From Candidatus Hydrogenedentota bacterium (lineage in GTDB: Bacteria; Hydrogenedentota; Hydrogenedentia; Hydrogenedentales; SLHB01): a stretch of DNA of 64,000 bases. Location of the stretch: contig BTVY01000004.1 in the NCBI GenBank assembly GCA_045863335.1, positions 128,001 to 192,000 of the forward strand. The letters are read 5' to 3'. The notes under the pieces are model-generated. The model was not told the DNA's origin. It ran no database searches and saw nothing but the letters and a program-made list of their open reading frames with translations. This document shows, in pieces, positions 38,326-47,792 of the stretch. Every line of letters starts with the position of its first letter. Positions within the stretch are counted from its first letter, which is position 1. Made by a program: the position numbers and the translations under genes.

Positions 38326-38355
38326 GGGAGAGTTGCCTTTTCGTTTTTGAATCGC
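38326..38355. repeat. Degenerate single-arm copy of the 23231 REP-like element
   Basis: GGGAGAGTTGCCTTTTCGTTTTTGAATCGC, 27/30 identical to 23231-23260; also between convergent genes. Confidence 0.7.
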
Positions 38356-38391
38356 TGAGAGTCCCCCTTTTCCCACCGCAGCGACCTCGCG

Positions 38392-39687
38392 CTATACGGT
38401 TTCCTTCAGCGACCACGGCTCGCGCATGGGGCGTGACAGGAAGGGGTTGGCCTCGTCGTCGCCGGGGAAGGTTTCGCTCTCGGGGTCCCAGGTCAGCTTG
38501 CGGCCGAGGCGCATGGAAATGTTGCCGACGTGCATGGCCGTGCTCAGGCGATGGATGTCTGTCGGCGTGTAGTACGGCGTCGTGCGGCCTTTGACGCCGT
38601 CGATGAAACTCTGGTGTTCCGTTGGGGGCAGCGGCCACATCTTGTTCTCAGCTGGCTCAATGACGGCGTCCAGAATGGCCGGATCGCTCGCGCGCATCGG
38701 TTTTCGCCACGATGGGCTTTCGACCCATCCGTCGGTTCCCTCGAAGCGAATGCCAGAGCCGCCCGACTTGACGATCATCTCCACACCGCCGGGGTACTCG
38801 TAGTAGATCTTGTACTCCGTCGCCGTGTTGGACATGGCGCCTTCGGGAAAAGTGCCATTGCCGTCGACCGAAATGGGTCCACCGTGCTCCTGGAACATGG
38901 CGACCTGTGCCGTGTCCATGAGGTGCGCGCCCCAATCGGTGAGCTTTCCACCCGAATAATCGAACACGTTGCGCCATTCTTGCTGGCCAGTTTTGGTGGG
39001 TGTGTACGGGGTGTAGGGTGCCGGGCCGAGCCAGAGGTCGTAATCGAACCCCTCCGGGACGGGCGCTTCTTCTTCCTTGGGAAACACCTCGCCTTCGGGC
39101 AAGACCACCAGGATGCGATTCAGTTTGCCGATGCATCCGTTGCGGACCAGTTCCGCCATGCGATGGTAGATTTCGACGGAGCGATCTTCGATGCCGCCCT
39201 GATAAACCACGCCGGTCTGTTTGATGACGTCGATGAGGACTTGCCCCTCCTCAACCGTCAACGTCGGTTTCTCGCAGAAGACATGTTTGCCCGCCCGGGC
39301 CGCCATGACCGACATGAGCACATGCCAATGGTCCGGCGTCGAGATGACGACCGCATCGATATCCGGCCGCGCGAGGACCTCGCGGAAGTCGCCGTGCGTG
39401 CCGCAGTCGGAACTGCCGTAGGCCTCGTTCACCATGTCGCGTGCGTTTTCGCAGCGGTCGCGATAGACATCGCACACCGCCAACACTCGGGCTTCGGGGA
39501 TCTTGAGAAAGGCGTCCAGATTCCATCCCGTGCCGTGTCCGCCGACGCCGATGCAGCCCAAGGTGATTTGGTTGCTAGGCGCAACGGAGTTCGCTTCCTG
39601 GCCGAACGCCGCCGGTGTCATGCATGTGACTGCGGACGCTGCTGCCGCCGTCTTCAAGAATTCCCGTCGACTCGTCTTGTACGACAT
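38392..39687 (-). CDS. Tat-exported Gfo/Idh/MocA oxidoreductase
   Basis: SRREFLK; IGVGGHG, STPDHWH, CEKP, YDLWLGPAP, DWGAH. Confidence 0.92.
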   Translation of the reverse strand: MSYKTSRREFLKTAAAASAVTCMTPAAFGQEANSVAPSNQITLGCIGVGGHGTGWNLDAFLKIPEARVLAVCDVYRDRCENARDMVNEAYGSSDCGTHGDFREVLARPDIDAVVISTPDHWHVLMSVMAARAGKHVFCEKPTLTVEEGQVLIDVIKQTGVVYQGGIEDRSVEIYHRMAELVRNGCIGKLNRILVVLPEGEVFPKEEEAPVPEGFDYDLWLGPAPYTPYTPTKTGQQEWRNVFDYSGGKLTDWGAHLMDTAQVAMFQEHGGPISVDGNGTFPEGAMSNTATEYKIYYEYPGGVEMIVKSGGSGIRFEGTDGWVESPSWRKPMRASDPAILDAVIEPAENKMWPLPPTEHQSFIDGVKGRTTPYYTPTDIHRLSTAMHVGNISMRLGRKLTWDPESETFPGDDEANPFLSRPMREPWSLKETV

Positions 39688-39861
39688 GTTTCAGGCCCCC
39701 GAATAGACCGTTCCACGCCGGTCACCGCGTTGCCGGCGTCTCACCGGGCAGTGTAGGTAAAAGCAGAGAATGCGGTCAAACGCTCCGGCTCCAATCCGCA
39801 GCCGGTTGATGTTCGGCTTACCCGTGTTCAACAATGGCTCTTTGAATGGAAAGGAGCAGCC

Positions 39862-41268
39862 ATGATTGCCGTTCGTTGCTTTCTCGCCCTGTGTTTGTTG
39901 AGCGTCGTGTGCCTTGCCCAGGAACCCGCACCGCTTGAAGCGTCCGCGGAATCGGCGCTCCACCGCGCGGTCGCGTTCTTTCGGGAGCAGGTTTCCGTCG
40001 AAGGAAGTTACCTCTGGCGGTACAGTGCCGACTTGAAGGTCCGCGAAGGCGAAGGAAAAGCGGACGATCAAACCGGGTGGGTGCAACCGCCGGGTACTCC
40101 CGATATCGGCGAAGCGTACCTGGTTGCCTATTCCGCGACGAAGGATGATCACTACCTGGACGCGGCGCGGGAAACGGCCAATGCGCTGGTGCGAACGCAA
40201 CTGCAGTCCGGCGGGTGGACTTACCGGATTCACTTTGATGAAGCCAGCCGCGCAAAGCAGGCGTATCGTGTCGACGGGCGAACGGAAGGGCAGAACACCA
40301 CCACGCTCGACGACAACACGACGCAGGCGGCGCTGCGGTTTCTCATGCAGTTCGACAAAGCCACGGATTTCAAGGAGGAGAAGATTCACGAGTGCGTGAT
40401 GTATGGCCTCGACAAACTCATCGAGGTGCAATATCCAAACGGGGCGTGGCCGCAGCGGTTCTCAGGGCCGCCCGACGCGAGCGAGTTTCCGGTGGTGAAG
40501 GCCTCGTATCCCGACTCATGGTCCCGCGAGTTTCCCGCGCGCGACTACACCCACGACTACACGTTCAACGACAACACGATCGCGGACGTGATCGACGCCT
40601 TCCTCGACGCGGCGGACATCTACGGCGACGACCAGTACCGCGCCGCGGCGCTGAGAGGCGGCGAGTTCATCTTGCTGGCGCAGATGCCGGAACCTCAGCC
40701 CGCCTGGGCGCAGCAGTACGACCGCGACATGCATCCCGTTTGGGCGCGGAAGTTCGAGCCCCCGGCGGTGACGGGCGGCGAATCGCAAGGCGTCATGCGC
40801 TGCCTCATTGAATTGACGCGGCGCACGGGAGAAAAGCGGTTCCTGGAACCCATACCACGAGCCATCGCCTATTTGCGCGCTTCGGAGTTGCCGGACGGAC
40901 GCCTCGCGCGGTTCTATGAACTGCAAACGAATACGCCCCTCTACTTCACGAAGGACTACCAGCTCACCTATTCCAGCGACGACATGCCCACGCACTATTC
41001 GTTCATCGGCCCTTCTGCACTCGATTCCATCGAGGCCGTGTACAAAGCCGTTCTAAGTGGCGAAGAGGCTGCGGAATCGAGCGCGCCAGCGGCTCCTCCT
41101 GCCGATGCTGTCGAGAAGATCATCGGCGCGCTTGACGAGCGCGGCGCCTGGGTGGAATCGGGCGAAATGAAATACCACGAGAACGTGGACGTCGACCGCG
41201 TGATCGACTGCCGGACCTTCGCCGCGAACGTCCGGGCGCTGGCGCAGTTTGTCGCTGCCCAAGAATGA
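39862..41268 (+). CDS. Secreted pectate lyase (PL10-like)
   Basis: Signal peptide; TLDDNTT, QYPNGAWPQ, TFNDNTI, WAQQYD...ARKFEP, ARFYE. Confidence 0.82.
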   Translation: MIAVRCFLALCLLSVVCLAQEPAPLEASAESALHRAVAFFREQVSVEGSYLWRYSADLKVREGEGKADDQTGWVQPPGTPDIGEAYLVAYSATKDDHYLDAARETANALVRTQLQSGGWTYRIHFDEASRAKQAYRVDGRTEGQNTTTLDDNTTQAALRFLMQFDKATDFKEEKIHECVMYGLDKLIEVQYPNGAWPQRFSGPPDASEFPVVKASYPDSWSREFPARDYTHDYTFNDNTIADVIDAFLDAADIYGDDQYRAAALRGGEFILLAQMPEPQPAWAQQYDRDMHPVWARKFEPPAVTGGESQGVMRCLIELTRRTGEKRFLEPIPRAIAYLRASELPDGRLARFYELQTNTPLYFTKDYQLTYSSDDMPTHYSFIGPSALDSIEAVYKAVLSGEEAAESSAPAAPPADAVEKIIGALDERGAWVESGEMKYHENVDVDRVIDCRTFAANVRALAQFVAAQE

Positions 41269-41509
41269 TTGAGCCGGATTGTGTTGCACCCCCGATCGCG
41301 CACGCGACGATCGTGCATTCACCATCATGGTTTCAGCCTGAGATTAGTGACAGATCTGTAGTCGCATTAATCGCGCAAATCAAGCTAGAATGGCGCGTTC
41401 AGTAGTCTTTCGCGCGCATATTGCGCAGCTTCTTGATTGGCGGCTCAACCCTCAAAACGAGACACGTTTGCCGTGCCGGGTCCCGCCTCTATGGAAAGGA
41501 TGACGTTTC

Positions 41510-43498
41510 ATGAGCTACTTCGTGACGGGCGCTACCGGATTCATCGGGCGCAATTTGCTGGAGCGGTTACTGCGGCGAAAGGGGACCATTTACTGTCTCG
41601 TTCGCAAAGGGTCTGAGCACAAGCTGGACGCGCTGCGGAAACGGTTGGGTGCGAAACCGGACCGAATCGTGCCTGTGAAGGGAGACATCGAGCAGCCGTT
41701 GTGCGGGCTGCGCAAGCAAGACGTCTCCAGGCTGCAAGGAAAGGTCACGCATTTCGTTCACCTGGCCGCGTTCTACGACATCATGTGCGAAGACGAAGCG
41801 CCGCACGTGGCGATCAACGTTGAGGGCACGCGCCATGCCGTGGACCTGGCGCACGCGCTGAAGGCGAAGCATTTTCAGTACGCCAGTTCGACCGCCGTCG
41901 CCGGGATGTACCCGGGCTTTTGGCGCGAAGACATGTTCGAGGAAGCCGAGAACTTCCACCATCCCTACTTCAGCAGCAAGCACGCTGCGGAACGGGTCGT
42001 GCGCACGGAGTGCCGGATTCCCTTTCGCATCTACCGGCCCGGTATCGTCGTGGGCAATTCGAAGACGGGCGAGACGGATAAGGCCGACGGGCCGTACTAC
42101 GTCTTCAAGTTTCTGAAGAAAATCCGGAACGCGCTGCCGGCGTGGGTCCCGCTCGTGGGACTGGAAGGCGGGCGCATCAACATTGTCCCAGTGGATTTCG
42201 TCGCCGATGCCATGGATCATCTCGCGCACAAGCGCGGCCTCGACGGGAAATGCTTCCATCTCACCGACCCGGACCCCTACCGCGCGGGCGAGGTGTTGAA
42301 CGTCTTTGCGGACGCGGCCCACGCCCCGCAGTTTGTAATGCGGATCAACTCGCGCATGCTGGACCTCGTACCGCGCGGGATTCGCGATGCCTTGATAAAC
42401 CTCCCGCCGATTCGACGGATTATCGACACGATTCTGGCGGATCTGGGGATTCCTTATGAAGTCTTCTACTACCTCAACTATCCGACGCGTTTCGATTGCC
42501 GCGACACCTCCGACGCACTGAAGGGGTCCGGGATTGACTGCCCGAGCCTGGAATCCTACGCGGCGAAAGTCTGGGACTACTGGGAACGCCACATGGACCC
42601 GGATCTCTTCCGCGACCGCAGTCTGGCGGGAGCGGTGAAGGATCGCGTCGTCGTGGTGACGGGCGGTTCCTCAGGCATCGGCCGCGCGTCGGCCATCAAG
42701 ATCGCGGACGCCGGTGCGAAAACCATACTCATCGCGCGTACGAAGGACGAGTTGGAACTCGTGCGCAAGGAGATCGAAGGCCGCGGCGCGCGCGCGTACG
42801 CGTACGTCGCCGATCTTTCGGATATGGAGCAGTGCGACGCGGTCATGGACGCGGTGTTCAAGGACCATGGACCGGTCGATATCCTCATCAACAACGCCGG
42901 GCGTTCCATCCGCCGATCCATCAAGCAGTCCTACGACCGGTTTCACGACTTTGAGCGTTTAATGCAACTCAATTATTTCGGCGCCATTCGCCTGATTTTG
43001 CGGGTGCTGCCCGGCATGGCCGAGAACCGGCGCGGGCACGTCATCAACGTCAGCACGATGGGCGTGCTCGCGAATCCGCCCCGGTTCTCCGCGTACGTGG
43101 CGTCCAAGTCGGCGTTAGACGCATTTTCCCGCTGCGCACAGGCCGAGTACCTCGATAAGGATATCAGTTTCACGACGATCAGCATGCCACTGGTGCGGAC
43201 GCCGATGATCGATCCCTCGGGGATTTACGAGAACGTGCCGGCGCTTTCCGCGGACGAAGCGGCGGACATGGTGGTGCGCGCGATCGTGGACAAGCCGCGG
43301 CGGATCGCGACAAGGCTGGGTGTCTTTGCGCAAATCATGCACGCCGTTCTACCGAATGTGGCGCTGGTGGTCCTGAACACTGCCTATAAACTGTTCCCGG
43401 ATACGGGACGGGGCAAGGAAGGCGACGTGGCTGTGGAAGCGCCGCCTTCAACGGAAGCGGTGGCCTTTGCGTCGCTGATGCGGGGCATTTACTGGTAA
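41510..43498 (+). CDS. Two-domain fatty acyl-CoA reductase (NAD-binding-4 plus SDR; Maqu_2507/Acr1-like)
   Basis: YFVTGATGFIG, HPYFSSK, DGPYY; second domain TGGSSGIG, NNAGRSIRRS, YDRFHDFER, PRFSAYVASK, MPLVRTPMI, C-terminal RGIYW. Confidence 0.9.
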   Translation: MSYFVTGATGFIGRNLLERLLRRKGTIYCLVRKGSEHKLDALRKRLGAKPDRIVPVKGDIEQPLCGLRKQDVSRLQGKVTHFVHLAAFYDIMCEDEAPHVAINVEGTRHAVDLAHALKAKHFQYASSTAVAGMYPGFWREDMFEEAENFHHPYFSSKHAAERVVRTECRIPFRIYRPGIVVGNSKTGETDKADGPYYVFKFLKKIRNALPAWVPLVGLEGGRINIVPVDFVADAMDHLAHKRGLDGKCFHLTDPDPYRAGEVLNVFADAAHAPQFVMRINSRMLDLVPRGIRDALINLPPIRRIIDTILADLGIPYEVFYYLNYPTRFDCRDTSDALKGSGIDCPSLESYAAKVWDYWERHMDPDLFRDRSLAGAVKDRVVVVTGGSSGIGRASAIKIADAGAKTILIARTKDELELVRKEIEGRGARAYAYVADLSDMEQCDAVMDAVFKDHGPVDILINNAGRSIRRSIKQSYDRFHDFERLMQLNYFGAIRLILRVLPGMAENRRGHVINVSTMGVLANPPRFSAYVASKSALDAFSRCAQAEYLDKDISFTTISMPLVRTPMIDPSGIYENVPALSADEAADMVVRAIVDKPRRIATRLGVFAQIMHAVLPNVALVVLNTAYKLFPDTGRGKEGDVAVEAPPSTEAVAFASLMRGIYW

Positions 43499-43531
43499 TT
43501 GAGAATTAGGAATTATGAATTAAGAATTGGG
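43497..43531 (+). repeat. Five tandem heptamers AATTRNG
   Basis: AATTGAG AATTAGG AATTATG AATTAAG AATTGGG starting in the stop codon. Confidence 0.75.
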
Positions 43532-43571
43532 GACCAGATTGCGCCGGGTCCTCAGTTGGAGGTTGTCCTTG

Positions 43572-44564
43572 ATGGAGTATCGGGTGCTTGGAAAATCGGA
43601 TTTGAAGGTGCCGGTGGTATCGTTTGGCGCGTGGGCGATTGGCGGTTGGATGTGGGGCGGCACCGATGACGCCGCGGCCGTTCGCGCAATTCACCGCGCC
43701 ATCGACGAGGGAATGACCCTGATCGACACCGCGCCCACGTACGGCATGGGACACAGCGAGCGCGTCGTCGGCGAGGCCATTCGGGGGCGTCGCGACGAGG
43801 TGCTGATCGCGACCAAATGCGGCATTCGATGGGACCTCGAAGGGGAACATGACGGTATGAAGACCGTCACGAACGAGGGTAAGGAAGTGACCCTCGTGCG
43901 CAATCTCACACCCGAATCGATAGTCCATGAAGTGGACCAGAGCCTGCAACGGCTGGGCATCGAGCAGATCGATCTCTACCAATGCCACTGGCCGGACCCC
44001 AAGACGCCGGTATCTGAGACCATGGATGCGTTGCTCGAGATCCAAAAGCAGGGCAAAGTACGCGCAATCGGCGTGAGCAATTTCACAGTCGAGATGATGC
44101 GGGACTGTTTGAAAAAGGGCTACATCGCGAGCGACCAACCGAAATACAACCCGCTGGAGCGAGAAATCGAAAAGGACGTGCTGCCTTTCTGCGTCGAACA
44201 GCAGATCGGCGTGCTCGCGTACAGTCCCATCGCGCAAGGGCTCATGACGGGAAAAGTAACGCGGGATCGCACCTTTGATGAAGGCGACGCGCGAGCGGAC
44301 AAGCCGTGGTTTTCGGTAGAGAATCGCAAACGCGTCCTTGCGATGCTGGAAAAGATCAAACCGATTGCGGAAGCGCACGACGCGACGTTGGCGCAGGTGG
44401 CCACGCGTTGGGTCATCGACCAACCTGGCATCACGACGGCCATCGTGGGCGCTCGCAACGAAGAGCAGGTGACCGAGAATGCCAAGGCTGGATCGATCAA
44501 ACTCAGCGCGGACGAGTTGGCCGCAATCCGGGCCGCCGTTGAGGAATTGGGCGAGCCGGTGTAA
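43572..44564 (+). CDS. Aldo/keto reductase
   Basis: GAWAIGG, DTAPTYG, IATKCG, IDLYQCHWPD, IGVSNF, YSPIAQG. Confidence 0.93.
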   Translation: MEYRVLGKSDLKVPVVSFGAWAIGGWMWGGTDDAAAVRAIHRAIDEGMTLIDTAPTYGMGHSERVVGEAIRGRRDEVLIATKCGIRWDLEGEHDGMKTVTNEGKEVTLVRNLTPESIVHEVDQSLQRLGIEQIDLYQCHWPDPKTPVSETMDALLEIQKQGKVRAIGVSNFTVEMMRDCLKKGYIASDQPKYNPLEREIEKDVLPFCVEQQIGVLAYSPIAQGLMTGKVTRDRTFDEGDARADKPWFSVENRKRVLAMLEKIKPIAEAHDATLAQVATRWVIDQPGITTAIVGARNEEQVTENAKAGSIKLSADELAAIRAAVEELGEPV

Positions 44565-44595
44565 TCACCGGATGTTGCGGTACTGCAATAGCCCG

Positions 44596-44625
44596 CACGG
44601 ACCGGCACGGACTGACACGGACACA
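44596..44625. repeat. Three tandem decamers CACGGACNNN
   Basis: CACGGACCGG CACGGACTGA CACGGACACA between convergent genes. Confidence 0.6.
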
Positions 44626-44650
44626 TCGGGGCACTATTGCCGCGACCGGC

Positions 44651-46054
44651 CTAGGCCATCGTGTTGTTTTCGACGGCGACGCCCGCGGCGTCGTCTATCG
44701 CCAAGGCAGTTTCAGTCCCGGCCCCGATGGTGCAGTCTCGAATGGAGTTGGCCGTCCCTGGGCCGGTCCATCGAATGGCCGACGGCATCAGCTTCTCGTC
44801 GCGCGAGTCGGCAATCGTGCAGGCCGAGATGTTAACGAAACTGCTATCCGCGATGCGGAGTCCCGGTACACCAGGGTCGGTGATCTGGCTGCCGTTCAGC
44901 GAGAATCGCGCGCAGCGCAGCACTTCGATGGAACCTTCCCGCTCGATAACGACCGGCGTGGATGCGGTGTGCTTTCCTTCAAACGAATCGCGAATGGCGG
45001 AGCCGCTGAAGATGCAGTCCGTCGAGTCTTCAAAGGTGATGCCCGTCGCCAGCGCGTTCGGCAAGTAGTCGCGATTGTGATTGAAGCAGTTTCCGGAGAC
45101 CACGATGTTGCGGCTGTTCTTCACGTGCAGATTGCGTTTGTGTCCGCTGTAAATGAAGTTGCCGGTCAGCGTCACGCCGTCGCACTGGTCCAACAAAACG
45201 TTCGTTTCCTGGCTCCCGATGAGATTGCCACTGATGGCCAGCATGCCGACGCCGGCTTTGGTCTTCACTTCGCTGCCGATGAGCATGATGTTCGCGCCGC
45301 CGGGTGAATGCCGCGCTTGTATCGTATTGCTCGCGATGGTGCCTTCGCGCATGGAGGCGCTTTCGTCAGAGCACTCGATCCAAATCTCGGCGCTTGGCGC
45401 GACGTCTTCGCCGCCGCTCTTGTCGTAGTTGTATTCGATATCGTTGCCCGTGATCTGCACGTTGCGCATCTCGCCGTTGAGGATCTTGATGCCGGACTGG
45501 GCGTTGTAGCTGATGTGCGAACTGGCGATGATGACCTGGTGCAGGTTCACGTGGTCGAAGAATACGCCGATGCCGCGGTTGTGGTAGATGTGGCAGTGAG
45601 AAATGAGCACGTTCCGGGCTCGGGTCTGGACATGGATACCATGGCGCAATTCCCGCAGCAACACCCCTTCGAAGGTGCTTTGCATCGTCCGTTCGATATG
45701 GATGCCGTCCGCCTCAGGGTGTTTGCCTTCGATCTCGATGTTCAGAATCGTCGGCATGCGTTCTTTCTGCCACACCCCGGCCTCGAACCCGCCGGGATCG
45801 GCGCTGCCATTGTGGGTGCCGATGATGCGAAAAGCAGGCCCCGCGCCTTCCATGAGAATCTTGGCGGTGCCGCCGGAACCCGACAGGCAGACTCGACCCG
45901 ACTTCGATTCGTCCAGCACGATGCTCTGCGTGATGCGGTAGTCGCCGGGCGGAAACACGATCTCGTTCGCCTTGCTGTCGACTGCGTGTTGAATGGCCTT
46001 CGAATCGTCTACTTCACCGTCGCCCACGGCTCCGAAATCGCGTACACTCCGCAT
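44651..46054 (-). CDS. Right-handed parallel beta-helix protein (pectate_lyase_3-like N-terminus)
   Basis: SVRDFGAVGDGEVDDSKAIQ, FPPGDYRI, repeated I.GN.I coils. Confidence 0.85.
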   Translation of the reverse strand: MRSVRDFGAVGDGEVDDSKAIQHAVDSKANEIVFPPGDYRITQSIVLDESKSGRVCLSGSGGTAKILMEGAGPAFRIIGTHNGSADPGGFEAGVWQKERMPTILNIEIEGKHPEADGIHIERTMQSTFEGVLLRELRHGIHVQTRARNVLISHCHIYHNRGIGVFFDHVNLHQVIIASSHISYNAQSGIKILNGEMRNVQITGNDIEYNYDKSGGEDVAPSAEIWIECSDESASMREGTIASNTIQARHSPGGANIMLIGSEVKTKAGVGMLAISGNLIGSQETNVLLDQCDGVTLTGNFIYSGHKRNLHVKNSRNIVVSGNCFNHNRDYLPNALATGITFEDSTDCIFSGSAIRDSFEGKHTASTPVVIEREGSIEVLRCARFSLNGSQITDPGVPGLRIADSSFVNISACTIADSRDEKLMPSAIRWTGPGTANSIRDCTIGAGTETALAIDDAAGVAVENNTMA

Positions 46055-46193
46055 GATACCCTCCCAGCTTGTTTGCATGTTGAACGGGTAGTGTTGGGGA
46101 TAATGCGCGACGATTGCAAGGTGGTGCGCGTGCCGGACGCGCCCAATCATGTACAATCGGCCGGGGAGTGGGAAAGACGGGTCGTTTCTGCCT

Positions 46194-47792
46194 ATGCCGG
46201 TATCCAAAACGATAGCACGCAATACGAAATTCAACGCCGCGGGACGCCTTTGGGAAGCCGTGGTCGGCGTGGCGCTGCTGGCCTACGTGGTGCGTACGCT
46301 CGATCAGGCCGGTTACGGCATGTGGTCGCTGCTTGGGCCGTTTCTCGGGTATGTCGCGCTACTCGACCTGGGGATTGGGAGCGGATACGCCAAGTTCATC
46401 GCTCAGTACCGCGCGCGGGAAGATTCGCAGCGCATTTCCGAAGTGGTGACCACCGGTCTCTTCGCCTACGGTGTGCTGGGGATCGCGATCGTCGCGGCGG
46501 GATGGGCCTTCATCGACATCGCCATCGACGGGGTGCTGCGATTCCAGGAACTCCGCGGGGCGAGCGCACCGCGCGATTGGGTGGTCGAGGATCTGCGGTT
46601 CCTGTTCCGCTGGGGACTCGTCCTGATGGCGGTTTCGAGCTGTGTCAACGTGTTCTCGGCCATTCAGACCGGCCTGCAGCGCATGGGCATCACGAACGTC
46701 GTCTCGTTCGTTATGTCGCTGGTGAAGGTTGCGGCAACCGTGTTCTTCCTGGAAAAGGGCTACGGCGTGCGCGGATTGCTCTACGCGAACGCGGTGGTAC
46801 TGTCCGTATTCGCTCCGCTCAGCATCGCCATCGGGTTCTTCCTGCTGCCTACGCTCCGCGTAACGCCGGGCCGCTTTACGCGCCGGGCTTTTCACGAATT
46901 GTTCGGATTCGGCTGGCGCACGCAGGTTTCGCGCCTGTCGAACCTGATCACCTTCGAAACGGACATGGTCATCATCGGCTTTTTCCTGGGCGGCGTCGGC
47001 GCGGTCGGCGTGTATCAGGCCGGAGTGAATCTGGTGAACAAGGTGCGTCAGGCGCCGCTAGTCTTGTTGAGCGCGCTGATTCCCGCCGCGTCGGAACTGG
47101 ATGCGCAGGAAGATCGCGAACGTTTCGCCCAGCTGTATTTGCGATCCACGAAGTACGTAGCCTCGATAGCGGTGCCGTTGATCCTGGTCAGCGCCTGCCT
47201 CGCGGGACCGCTGGTGCGCGCCATGTTTGGACCGGGTTTCGAGACATCGGCCTGGGTCATGCGCATCCTCGCTCCGGGTTATCTGGCAAACGTCTTGGCC
47301 GGGGCTGGTATTGCGCTGGCGCTCGGCAAGGGCCGTCCTGATTTGCAGATGTACGCGGGCATCATCGCCATGGCAGTCAACCTGGCGCTCACGATCTTGC
47401 TTTACTTGTCCATTGGATTCTACGGCGTTCCCGCAGCGACGAGTATCGCTATGATTGCCGCCAGCCTCTGGTTTGCCGGTGTGATGCGCAAGGAAACGGG
47501 TGTTGCCGCGGCCATGCTGTTCAGGGAAACTCTACTTTGGCCGGCCATCGCTATCGCGCCGGGGTCGCTCGTGTGTGTCATCGCGGACTGGCGAACGGGC
47601 GGTCTCGCAGGCGGGATTCCCAACGCCGCCGTTACCGTGGCCGTTGCGGCGGCCGCGGCTGGAATCTATCTTTCCGTAGTGCGATACGCGCCGTTTCTCG
47701 ATGACTTTGACAGGCGCTTTCTGGATGAACACCTGTGGTTGCGCAGGCTGCCGTGGCTGCGCAGGCTCGTCATTCGGCAATCGCGCCCGTGA
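46194..47792 (+). CDS. Polysaccharide flippase (Wzx/MOP family)
   Basis: IARNT, YGMWSLL, LLDLGIG, ETDMVIIG, VGVY, LIPAAS; 12-14 TM helices. Confidence 0.85.
   Translation: MPVSKTIARNTKFNAAGRLWEAVVGVALLAYVVRTLDQAGYGMWSLLGPFLGYVALLDLGIGSGYAKFIAQYRAREDSQRISEVVTTGLFAYGVLGIAIVAAGWAFIDIAIDGVLRFQELRGASAPRDWVVEDLRFLFRWGLVLMAVSSCVNVFSAIQTGLQRMGITNVVSFVMSLVKVAATVFFLEKGYGVRGLLYANAVVLSVFAPLSIAIGFFLLPTLRVTPGRFTRRAFHELFGFGWRTQVSRLSNLITFETDMVIIGFFLGGVGAVGVYQAGVNLVNKVRQAPLVLLSALIPAASELDAQEDRERFAQLYLRSTKYVASIAVPLILVSACLAGPLVRAMFGPGFETSAWVMRILAPGYLANVLAGAGIALALGKGRPDLQMYAGIIAMAVNLALTILLYLSIGFYGVPAATSIAMIAASLWFAGVMRKETGVAAAMLFRETLLWPAIAIAPGSLVCVIADWRTGGLAGGIPNAAVTVAVAAAAAGIYLSVVRYAPFLDDFDRRFLDEHLWLRRLPWLRRLVIRQSRP

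Noticed and set aside
3562-41359. Palindrome ACAGATCTGT present in two intergenic regions (about 3562 and 41350)
   Set aside because: Only 10 bp with no shared flanks; cannot be distinguished from chance
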